DNA of 32,267 nt from a virus (lineage: Duplodnaviria; Caudoviricetes): positions 1 through 32,267 of IMG/VR virus record IMGVR_UViG_3300048852_000013. The stretch is one strand, 5' to 3'. The notes below the pieces were generated by a model. It worked only from the letters and a program-made list of their open reading frames with translations. It did not search any database and had not been told where the DNA came from. How positions within the stretch are numbered: position 1 is the first letter of the stretch; each line of letters opens with the position of its first letter. The position numbers and the translations under genes are program-made. This document shows positions 1 through 7,804 of the stretch, piece after piece.

Positions 1-565
1 CCTTCGTCACCGCATCCACGCGCGCCATCCAGCCCTTCCCGAACGTGCTCCAGCCCTCCAGCCCGCGGTAGTAGTCCCGCCGAGCGTCCGCCAGATCGCA
101 GATCAGCACGCGGCGCGGCACGTCCCGAGTGGCGAGCAGGGTCTGCGGCCCGACGACACCATCCACCGGCACCCGCAGCAGGCGCTGGAGCGTCTTGGCG
201 CTGCGGGCTGGCCCCGCGTTCACCCCAAAGTCGAAGACCATCAGGTCCACGCCAGGCGGCAGATCGGCGCAGCGCAGCGGGGTCCAGTAGCGCTGCGCGT
301 AGATCGCCTCCGCCTCGGCGCGGGTCAGGGCGCGCACGTCGGCAGGCGTGACCTCGGCGCCCCGCCAGGCCGCCAGGGTGATGTGGGTGATGCCGAGGTT
401 CGTGGCGCCGCCGGGGTCCTCGGGATGGTCCACATAGCCGCCCTCGTGCCGAAGCACCTCGGCCACGCAGGCGGCGAAGCGGGAGGGTGGCGCACTTCTT
501 TGCGTTTTCTGCACAGAAGTCGCCGGGCGGCGGAGCCACGCGGCGAGGCTGGAGAGGAGGGTCAT
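1..565 (-). CDS. Endolysin, glycoside hydrolase family 108 with peptidoglycan-binding C-terminus (3' end runs off window)
   Basis: Manual translation from ATG 565: MTLLSSLAAWLRR...VLRHEGGYVDHPEDPGGATNLGIT...YWTPLRCADLPPGVDLMVFDFGVNAG...VDGVVGPQT...FGKGWMARV. EGGY/DPGGxTxxGIT is the GH108 signature. ATGA overlap with the upstream stop. Not in the ORF track because it has no stop in the window. Confidence 0.93.
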   Translation of the reverse strand, partial: MTLLSSLAAWLRRPATSVQKTQRSAPPSRFAACVAEVLRHEGGYVDHPEDPGGATNLGITHITLAAWRGAEVTPADVRALTRAEAEAIYAQRYWTPLRCADLPPGVDLMVFDFGVNAGPARSAKTLQRLLRVPVDGVVGPQTLLATRDVPRRVLICDLADARRDYYRGLEGWSTFGKGWMARVDAVTK

Positions 566-1122
566 TTGCGCGCGCCCACCAGCCCGCGCAGCGCCTCGTC
601 CTTCCGGGCGCTGCCGTGAGACGAGCCGAGCCAGAAGTTCACCACGGCGCCGAACGCTGCCAGCAGGCTGCCGACAACGATCATCGCGATGTCCTGGGAG
701 CCTTCCGGCAGCGCTTGCGTCAGCACCAGCCAGCACGCCACGCCGCAGACGATCGTCACCAGCACCGAGACCACCGGCGCCCCCCAGGCGATGCTCGACC
801 CTGCCTGCGCCAGGGCGACCGTCTGGCTTCGCGCGCTGGCGACGTCGGCAAGCCGCGCCAGCAGCTCGTCGCGCTCGGCCTGGCGCTCCGCCTTCTCGGC
901 CTCCGCCGCGATCTCCGCCAGACGGATGCGGAGCTGCATCGCCACCTGGGGATCGCGGATCGCAGCGGCCAGAGCGTCAGGGCTGTCGGAGCCGGTGATG
1001 GCTTGCACGGCTGCCACCACCTGCCCTGTGACGGCCCCCGCCTTGTCGCCAGCGACCCATTTGACGATCTCGGGCGCCAGCGCGCCGAGGGCGGGCAGCA
1101 GCGCCAGCAATGGCAGTGCCAT
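562..1122 (-). CDS. Putative holin (3TM-holin-like membrane protein)
   Basis: Likely start MALPLLALLPALGALAPE at ATG 1122. Two C-terminal hydrophobic helices ending VVNFWLGSSHGSARKD, a motif typical of phage holin-like proteins. Adjacent to the endolysin. Confidence 0.7.
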   Translation of the reverse strand: MALPLLALLPALGALAPEIVKWVAGDKAGAVTGQVVAAVQAITGSDSPDALAAAIRDPQVAMQLRIRLAEIAAEAEKAERQAERDELLARLADVASARSQTVALAQAGSSIAWGAPVVSVLVTIVCGVACWLVLTQALPEGSQDIAMIVVGSLLAAFGAVVNFWLGSSHGSARKDEALRGLVGARK

Positions 1123-1124
1123 GG

Positions 1125-1604
1125 TCAGCCTCCACGAGATGCCGGCTTGCGCCGGCGGCGGGGTGTCTTGCGGGCTTTGGGCGCGAGGGCGAGCGCATCC
1201 ACCCGGCCGCCCGTACAGGTGTCGAACTGCGCTGCGATGCGCACCGCCTTGTCTGCCGACGCTCCGAGCGCCATGGCCGCCCGCGCGTAAGGCGCCCCGC
1301 TGCCAATGGCCTGCGGGCCGGGCACCAACAGCGTCCGGCCGTACTGCAGGTGGTTCCACACCTGGCCCCGCGGGGTGATCTCCAGCGCCTCGGCTGCCTG
1401 CTTGTTGGCCAGGAACGCCGGGCGATCGCCACCGGCCTCCAGCCAGTCGAGCAGTGCGGTGATGGCGTCCAATTCGCCGGCCGCGCCGATGAGCCGGCCG
1501 TCGGCGCAGCGGCGGATCTTCACAACGTGGGCCGCGACATGGCCGCCCTCGGTGATAAGCCGGTCGGCGGCGAGCGTCTGGCCGTCCCAGGCGACCGTGG
1601 TCAC
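1125..1604 (-). CDS. Proteasome-beta/HslV-like Ntn-hydrolase (threonine protease-like)
   Basis: GTG 1604 overlaps the upstream TGA. MTTVAWDGQTLAAD...VVKI...LIGAAG...AIGSGAPYARAAM...AVRIAAQFDTCTGG matches the Thr1/Asp17/Lys33/GSG/Asp pattern of the proteasome beta fold. Confidence 0.8.
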   Translation of the reverse strand: MTTVAWDGQTLAADRLITEGGHVAAHVVKIRRCADGRLIGAAGELDAITALLDWLEAGGDRPAFLANKQAAEALEITPRGQVWNHLQYGRTLLVPGPQAIGSGAPYARAAMALGASADKAVRIAAQFDTCTGGRVDALALAPKARKTPRRRRKPASRGG

Positions 1605-2788
1605 GCCGCGGCCGCCTTCACCCGCACGCGGGGTCGCCGCAGGAAGCGCAGGTAGTCCGCCGCGGCTTCGACGTCCCAGAAGACCGTCACCAGCCCGAAG
1701 GCATCGCGCGCATTCGGGTTGACGATCGTCACCGCGGCCGGGGCGTTCTCCTTCGGGAAGCCCTTGGCGTCGGCATAGTCGTCGTGGACCTTGTAGGCGC
1801 CGACCCGCACCGCGTGCGCCACGTGCTCCCCATTGTTGAAGAACAGCGTGTTGTGCGCCGCCGCATGCCTGTGGCCGCAGGTGTAGATATGATCCCGCGC
1901 CCAGCCCATCCGGGCCGCCTTGGCCGGGGCGTGCGCGCCGTTCCACATCGAGGTGCCGGCGAAGTCGTGCCGGGCGTTGATCCGCACCTCGCGGCCGTTC
2001 GGTGAGCGCAGCGCCAGCCGCATGCCGTGCCACTGATAAGCTGCGCCGGCCTGCGTCGCGAACCAGCGCACCGGGTCCTGTGCGCCGGACCAGCAGTCGT
2101 GATTGCCGCCGACGAGGTAGAGCCAGCGCACCCGGGCGACCAGCCACTCCACCATGCGGAGCGCGTCCGTCGCTGTGGTGCCCTGGCTGGCGTAGAGCCG
2201 GGCGAGCCTGCCCACCCAGTTGTTGGACAGGTCGCCCACGTTGGCTGCGAACAGCCCCTCGGTGCTGTCGATCAGCTCGAGGTGCCGCAGCAGGGCCGGC
2301 CAGTCGCAACCATCGTCATCGACGTGTGGGTCGCCCATGTGGAGCACGCCATAGGCGCCGTCGAGCTTCACCGTGACTGGCACCAGCTCGCGAGCCTCCC
2401 GCGCCTCATGGCGCCGGGCGAAGGCTGCGGCGCGGCGGGAGATCAGCGCCTCGATTGGCTCGTCGCCGGTCGGGAGCGCGGGCACCGAAAAGGCCGATTC
2501 CCTCTCGGGTGGATTCGCGGAGGAAACCCGCTCCACACGGGCATTTCCTGCCGATTTCCTCTCATCCGCTCGCATGCTTGCTGAGGCACCCTGCCCCATC
2601 GCCGCCAGCGCCTTCGGGTCGGTGCGGACCTCCTGCAGCCCAAGCTCGCGCATGGCCCGCTGGTAGGTCTTGGTGATGGTGGAGTGCGGCGCGTTGAACA
2701 CCGCCGCGGCGCCGGGGATGGAGCCGGTGTCGCGCACCGCCTCCCAAACCTGGCGCATCCGGGCTTCGTCGAGGCGAGGCTGGGGCAT
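1601..2788 (-). CDS. Calcineurin-like metallophosphoesterase with N-terminal HTH
   Basis: Start MPQPRLDEARMR at ATG 2788 (TGATG overlap). Motifs GDPH, GDLSNN, GGNHD, RH and GHRH. N-terminal segment VRDTGSIPGAAAVFNAPHSTITKTY is HTH-like. Confidence 0.85.
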   Translation of the reverse strand: MPQPRLDEARMRQVWEAVRDTGSIPGAAAVFNAPHSTITKTYQRAMRELGLQEVRTDPKALAAMGQGASASMRADERKSAGNARVERVSSANPPERESAFSVPALPTGDEPIEALISRRAAAFARRHEAREARELVPVTVKLDGAYGVLHMGDPHVDDDGCDWPALLRHLELIDSTEGLFAANVGDLSNNWVGRLARLYASQGTTATDALRMVEWLVARVRWLYLVGGNHDCWSGAQDPVRWFATQAGAAYQWHGMRLALRSPNGREVRINARHDFAGTSMWNGAHAPAKAARMGWARDHIYTCGHRHAAAHNTLFFNNGEHVAHAVRVGAYKVHDDYADAKGFPKENAPAAVTIVNPNARDAFGLVTVFWDVEAAADYLRFLRRPRVRVKAAAA

Positions 2789-3066
2789 CACAGCGTCCCC
2801 AGCAGCGCGACGGAAAGCTCCGGCCGCCCGTCCAGCACGCCCACCGGCGGGGCGATGGCCTCGCTCGCGAGGAAGGCGGCGTAGGCCCACCCGTCCAGCA
2901 CCCGCAGCGCCGTGCCTTGCGCCGGCAGCAGGGCGCCCACGCGGGCATCCAGCGTGCCGGGCTCTTCGTCCGGGCCGGTCCAGCCCAGGGCGCGCAGCGC
3001 GGCCTCCACGTCGGCCGCGGGGCCGCGCCAGTCGTGACGGATCCACTCCATCTCGCTCTCCATCAC
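2788..3066 (-). CDS. Hypothetical phage protein
   Basis: About 92 aa ORF coupled by stop/start overlaps to both neighbours; exact start uncertain (3066, 3063 or 3051). Confidence 0.6.
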   Translation of the reverse strand: MMESEMEWIRHDWRGPAADVEAALRALGWTGPDEEPGTLDARVGALLPAQGTALRVLDGWAYAAFLASEAIAPPVGVLDGRPELSVALLGTL

Positions 3067-4352
3067 AGCGCCGCCACCGCGGCGGCCAGGTCGGCGTCGG
3101 ACATCGCATAGGAGTAGGCCCGCACCGGCCCGAACTCGCCGGACTGCACCAGCGCGCCCACGTCCGAGTAGCCAAGGCGCGGGGTCGTCAGGCCGCTCGT
3201 CGGCCCGCCCGTCACCGCGATGGCGGCCGCGCCGTTGAGGCTCGCCGCGACGCGGCCCGCGCCATCGAAGGCCATGCCGCAGCGGAACAGGGTGGCGTCC
3301 GAGATCGCCGCGCCCGTGGCGCTGGACGACACCCCGCCCGTGACGCGGAGCACCTGGAACGTGCCGGAGGAGCTGCTGCGGATCAGGACGCGGTTGTTGC
3401 CGCTGCCGTCGTCGATCTGCGCAAGCGTCTGGTTGGCGCCCACGCTCGCGTCCACGAGGCTGCCGGCCATCAGGAGCGTGCCGGCGCCGGACGGGAACAG
3501 GCTCGCGAAGTTGGCGGTCACGAAATCTTGGCCGCGCGTGGACGCTGCGGGAGAGCCCACGGGCGGCAGGATCAGGCTGCTAGCCGTGGTGCCCTGCTCG
3601 CACTGCGGCCCGCCGATGCGCAGGGTGAAGTCCACCGCTGCGCCGCTCGTGAGAACGACAGACAGCGCCGGGCCGATTCTCGCCGTGCTGGCCGCCGCCG
3701 TGCTGGCTTGCCGAACCCAGCGCTGCCCCTTCAGCGCGGCCGTGGTGGGTGTGATCGTCGAGAACGAGTTCTGCACGAACACAATGGCCGACGTGTACTC
3801 GATCCATCCGGCCTGCAGCGTGGCATTGGTGGCTGCCGGGGAGGTCGGGGCAAGCCCGACATAGGATGTCGCGGCCCACGCCTGAGATGTCGAGGCGGTG
3901 ATGTTGGCCGGCGCCTCAAACTGGATCCGCCCCGTGGCCGATGCCCCCGGCGTGCCGCTGATCCGCACATCGACATAGGAGATGCCGCTCTCCGTCCCCG
4001 TGCCGACGATGGTGATGGTGATGCCGCTCGGGAAGCTGAAGCTGCTCCAGCCTGTCGGCAGAGCCCCACCGCTGCCCACGGCGCCCGTCGTTGCGCCCTC
4101 GCAGCGCGGGTTGCGGATGCTGTTCGTCCGCTGCGTCTCGATCAGCAGCCGCCGCGAGGCGCCGGTCCACCGCGGCGTGTCGGCCGAGGCGTACTCGACG
4201 ATCGCGCTGGACGTGTCGGTGCCGGTCGCAACGGTCGAGGTCTGCGCGCGCGTCAGCGTCGCCGAGAACTCGCCCGGCTCGATCAGGGAGGTGTAGGGCG
4301 ACCGCGCGAGGGCCGCCACAGCCGGCAGGGCGAGGCTTGGCCCGATGTACAT
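3063..4352 (-). CDS. Head-spike fibre protein (RcGTA Rcc01080/GhsB-like), carbohydrate-binding
   Basis: Short hydrophobic N-terminus MYIGPSLAL, conserved LTRA...PRW...LLIETQRTN motif, QCEQGxxASSxI motif, beta-rich C-terminal ConA/LamG-like region. Directly follows the spike base gene. Confidence 0.75.
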   Translation of the reverse strand: MYIGPSLALPAVAALARSPYTSLIEPGEFSATLTRAQTSTVATGTDTSSAIVEYASADTPRWTGASRRLLIETQRTNSIRNPRCEGATTGAVGSGGALPTGWSSFSFPSGITITIVGTGTESGISYVDVRISGTPGASATGRIQFEAPANITASTSQAWAATSYVGLAPTSPAATNATLQAGWIEYTSAIVFVQNSFSTITPTTAALKGQRWVRQASTAAASTARIGPALSVVLTSGAAVDFTLRIGGPQCEQGTTASSLILPPVGSPAASTRGQDFVTANFASLFPSGAGTLLMAGSLVDASVGANQTLAQIDDGSGNNRVLIRSSSSGTFQVLRVTGGVSSSATGAAISDATLFRCGMAFDGAGRVAASLNGAAAIAVTGGPTSGLTTPRLGYSDVGALVQSGEFGPVRAYSYAMSDADLAAAVAAL

Positions 4353-4618
4353 CAGTACAGCGCCACGATGCCGGTGGCGGTGGTGCCGGTGGAAAGCACG
4401 CGGCGCGCCCGGATGGGCAGCATGCCGCCCTGCACGATGTAGTGCGTGACGGCGGCCGTGTCGTCCACGCCGATGGTCACGATGCTGCCCGCTCCGACCG
4501 CGTGCAGGGCCTTGCAGGCGCCGTCAGGCAGGTCGGTCGTGTCGTTCGGCGTGACGGCGCGCTGGCTGCGCGACGGCGCAGACACGGCATCAGCATACAG
4601 GGCGAAGCGATCCGCCAT
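4352..4618 (-). CDS. Head-spike base protein (RcGTA Rcc01079/GhsA-like)
   Basis: 88 aa MADRFALYADAVSAPSRSQRAVTPNDTTDL...KALHAVGAG...LPIRARRVLSTGTTATGIVALY matches the family pattern. GAGGG RBS before ATG 4618. Confidence 0.88.
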   Translation of the reverse strand: MADRFALYADAVSAPSRSQRAVTPNDTTDLPDGACKALHAVGAGSIVTIGVDDTAAVTHYIVQGGMLPIRARRVLSTGTTATGIVALY

Positions 4619-4659
4619 GGCACAACCCTCTCGTCTTGTTGGGGTGAAGGACGATCCGC

Positions 4660-4860
4660 TCAGCGGATCTGCTGGTAGGCCCAGGCGGCGGCGCTGCCCA
4701 ACGTGGTCAGCACGCCGCCGATAATGGCAAGCGCCCGCCAACCGCCACGGGCCGCGGCCAGCGTCTCTCTGATGACGCGGATGTCCTTGCGCATCTCGTC
4801 CACCTGATCGCGCAGATGGCGTACCTCGACGCGGAGCTCGGTGACTTCGGTTTCGGACAT
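4660..4860 (-). CDS. Small coiled-coil + C-terminal TM protein (XhlA/holin-accessory-like)
   Basis: Heptad-like N-terminus (LRVEVRHLRDQVDEMRKDIRVIRETL) followed by GGWRALAIIGGVLTTLGSAAAWAY. Confidence 0.7.
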   Translation of the reverse strand: MSETEVTELRVEVRHLRDQVDEMRKDIRVIRETLAAARGGWRALAIIGGVLTTLGSAAAWAYQQIR

Positions 4861-4862
4861 GG

Positions 4863-5993
4863 CTACAGCGCGTTGATGTAGCGGCTGGCCAGGAAGGCCA
4901 GCGGCAGCGGCGTGCCGCCGCTGTGCGGCGTCCAGAGCCCGTGGTTGGTCCGGGCGTCTGCGATTAGGAAGACGCGGCCGTCCGGCAGGGCGAGGCCGCG
5001 GCGATAGTTGGTGCTCCCGACAACTCCGTCCGTCAGAGCGCCGGCCGAAAACGCGTCCGTCACCGGGTCATAGACGATGATCGTCGCGTTCTGCTGCGGC
5101 AGCATGGCGGCGCGCCCGTCGCGCAGCGGCACGATCGCGCACACCTGCAAGGCGCTTCCATCTGAGCCGTGGGTACCGCCAACCCTGATCGCGTTGCTGG
5201 AGACGTTCCAGAAGCGCGCGTTTGTGCCGCTCTGCGGCCCCAGCAGGATCTCCCCGCGCGTCGGCAGCCAGAGCCCGCTAGAGAACACCTGCCCGCCGCC
5301 ACTTGGGCCCGCCAGCATCTCATTGGTGGATGGCCGGTAGCGCCAGCAGGTGACCGCGGTGTTGGCGCAGATCATCGCCACATCGCCATTCGGCAGCAGG
5401 AGCGACCCGTTGAAGGGGCGATAGGTATGCCCGCCGAGGCCTGCGACGCTGGCGCCGAAGGTCAACGTGTTGGTACGCCAGTCGTAGATGCCCATGGCCG
5501 CACCGGCGCCCGGTGCGAGGTAGACCAGATCATCCTGGCCGACAACCGCCCCGCTGAAAGCCGGCGTGCTGGTGTTCGGCAGCGTCAGCCCATGCGCAGG
5601 CCCATCGCTGAAGGTGTTGCTGACCGGATCGTAGATCAAGAACCGCGTGTGTTGGTCCGGCACCAACAGCACCCTGCCATTCGGCAGCAGCACGCCGCAC
5701 CTGAAGTAGGGCTGCACGCTGGCCCCATGCGCGGGCGCAGTTGCGGTGTCGAGCGTGTCGGGGCCAGGCGTAAAGATGTGCGGGCGGCTGTTTGCGCGCG
5801 GCACCAGAAGGACTCGCCCATCCGTCATCAGCACGCCCTGCGCCAGCGCCATGCCGGCACTGCCCTGCTCCGGGCCAGAGGCGAAACCGTTGGCCCAAGT
5901 CGACGAGCCGGCGGCCGCTTCCACATCCTGCTGCAGAACGCGGAATGGGAAGTAGCCGCGCGTCCGGGCTCCGTTGATTGGTGCGATCTGCAT
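4863..5993 (-). CDS. Seven-bladed beta-propeller (kelch-like) protein, probably virion-associated
   Basis: Seven repeats resembling GVLLP(D/N)GRVLLVP...(I/V)YDP. Confidence 0.75.
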   Translation of the reverse strand: MQIAPINGARTRGYFPFRVLQQDVEAAAGSSTWANGFASGPEQGSAGMALAQGVLMTDGRVLLVPRANSRPHIFTPGPDTLDTATAPAHGASVQPYFRCGVLLPNGRVLLVPDQHTRFLIYDPVSNTFSDGPAHGLTLPNTSTPAFSGAVVGQDDLVYLAPGAGAAMGIYDWRTNTLTFGASVAGLGGHTYRPFNGSLLLPNGDVAMICANTAVTCWRYRPSTNEMLAGPSGGGQVFSSGLWLPTRGEILLGPQSGTNARFWNVSSNAIRVGGTHGSDGSALQVCAIVPLRDGRAAMLPQQNATIIVYDPVTDAFSAGALTDGVVGSTNYRRGLALPDGRVFLIADARTNHGLWTPHSGGTPLPLAFLASRYINAL

Positions 5994-5997
5994 GACG

Positions 5998-7788
5998 CTA
6001 CTCCGAGATCAGGAGGTTGGTGACGGAGCCGGTGCCTGCGACGACGCTGGCCTCCGGGATAATGGCGAGGCGGATGTTCTTGATGCCGCCCCCCCAAGAG
6101 CCGCGCCCTTCGTCGAAGGCGACCAGGATGTTTCCCGCATCGTCGAAGTCGATGCTCGGGTAGCTCGGCGCGCGCGTGGTGCTCGGCCAGAAGTTGTAGG
6201 AGTAGGGCCAAGTCGCCCCGTCGTCTTCGCTGAGCACTACCGTCATGTTGCCGCGCGTCGGCGGCGTGCTGCCGCAGACGCAGGCGACCAGCCGCCCCGT
6301 GGGGCTGCGGCTCACCGCGTTGCGGCTGTCGGAGGTCGGCGTGATGCCGGTCCATGCCACAGGCGCAGCCCAGCTGCGGCCAGCGTCGGCGCTGCTCAGC
6401 GCGAAGGCACCGCTGCTGGCCCGGCGCAGCCCGAACAGCTTGTTGCCGCCGAGGCCGACCAGCGCCGTCTCGTTGTAGTCCCACTCGGCCGGATCGGCCG
6501 GCTCCGGGATAACAGCGATCGGCTCGAACCACGGACCCAGCGGATCGTCGAAGTGCAGCCGCCCGAAGTGCGAGCCCTCGACCAGGGGGCTCGGCCCACC
6601 GTAGCCGTCGAAATCCGGCCACATATCCAGCACACCGTGCGGCTGGCCGTTGAAGAGGAACGGACGCCCCGGGACGCCGTGGCCGAGGAAGGCCGGCGCC
6701 GTGACCTCGAAGCGCGCCGACGCCAGGGGGTTGTTGATCGCCACTGCATAGCAAGGCATCCAGGGATCGTGGCTGGTCGAGGCGACGCTGCCGGCGCCGG
6801 GGTAGAGCACCCACAGCCGCCCGCCCCAGACGAAAAGCTGCGGATCGAACAGGCGGTCATTCGCCATGTCGTTCGGCTGAATGTGGACGACCTCGGTCCA
6901 TGTCGCGCCGGCGTCGTCGGAATAGGCGAGGACGATGTACGTCCCCTCCTGCTCCCCGAATATGTCGGGCGTCCCGTCCCAGGCGAACCACGTAGCCCAG
7001 AGCCGGCTGCCGACCCGCGCGAGCGCCGGGATCATCTGATGCGTCCGCGCAGCGTAGGGCCGCAGCGCCGAGCCCTGCAGCACGATGCCAGGGCCGGTCA
7101 GCGTGCCGCCGAGCGGCGCCGCCCGCGGCGCAGCGCGCAGGTGCACGGCGCCAGCACGATGCACCAGGGCCGCCGCCGGCAGCAGGTGGGTTGCGGCTGG
7201 CGCTCGCAGGCGCGCCGTATGGCTCTGCGTGTCGAGGCCGAGCAGCTCGACCTCTGCCCCCAGAGCGGCCGCGGCCCGCTCTCCGTCAGGCAGGCTGACC
7301 AGCAGCCGGCCCTCCCCGAGCACGGCGTCGCCGGGGACCGTGAACTCCTCCACCTCGGCCTGCGGCGCGGCGATGGAGTAGCCCTCGCCCAGCCGGAAGG
7401 CCCGCGCTTGGTCATCGGCCTCGAAGGCATAGCGGATCGCAAGGGTGAGCGGGTCCACGAAGCCGGCCGACAGTGCGCGCTTCTGCCCCGGCGTCAGGGC
7501 CAGGAAGCCGGGGCCGCCTTCCGCATCCAACACCAGGCCGCCGGGGGCGCTTATCGCGGGTGTGGTGCCGTTGATCGCGGCGGCCGCGGTGTTCACCGCC
7601 TCTCCCGCCACGGATATCGCCACGTCACGCGCCTGCTCCGCGGCGCCTCGAGCATCGGTTGCCGCGCTGGCAGCCCCCTGCACATCGGCCACCACGATAC
7701 CGGCGGCATCCGCCACGACCTGGCGCGCGTCTTCGTCCTCCGCCAGCGCCTGCGCCAGCGTCTTCACCGGGATGTAGGTGGTAGCCAT
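5998..7788 (-). CDS. Sialidase-like (BNR/Asp-box) spike protein with Ala-rich helical stalk
   Basis: Asp-boxes SDDAGATW, SADAGRSW and SEDDGATW, plus NET, LRR, RGN and SYPS motifs resembling GH33. Likely start MATTYIP at ATG 7788. Confidence 0.82.
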   Translation of the reverse strand: MATTYIPVKTLAQALAEDEDARQVVADAAGIVVADVQGAASAATDARGAAEQARDVAISVAGEAVNTAAAAINGTTPAISAPGGLVLDAEGGPGFLALTPGQKRALSAGFVDPLTLAIRYAFEADDQARAFRLGEGYSIAAPQAEVEEFTVPGDAVLGEGRLLVSLPDGERAAAALGAEVELLGLDTQSHTARLRAPAATHLLPAAALVHRAGAVHLRAAPRAAPLGGTLTGPGIVLQGSALRPYAARTHQMIPALARVGSRLWATWFAWDGTPDIFGEQEGTYIVLAYSDDAGATWTEVVHIQPNDMANDRLFDPQLFVWGGRLWVLYPGAGSVASTSHDPWMPCYAVAINNPLASARFEVTAPAFLGHGVPGRPFLFNGQPHGVLDMWPDFDGYGGPSPLVEGSHFGRLHFDDPLGPWFEPIAVIPEPADPAEWDYNETALVGLGGNKLFGLRRASSGAFALSSADAGRSWAAPVAWTGITPTSDSRNAVSRSPTGRLVACVCGSTPPTRGNMTVVLSEDDGATWPYSYNFWPSTTRAPSYPSIDFDDAGNILVAFDEGRGSWGGGIKNIRLAIIPEASVVAGTGSVTNLLISE

Positions 7789-7804
7789 GCGCCGAGCCCC
7801 CCTT

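Noticed and set aside
562-3175. Long N-terminal extensions in the ORF track (e.g. 562..1359, 1125..2309, 1601..3175)
   Set aside because: They overlap upstream genes; internal starts with stop/start overlaps fit the protein motifs better.
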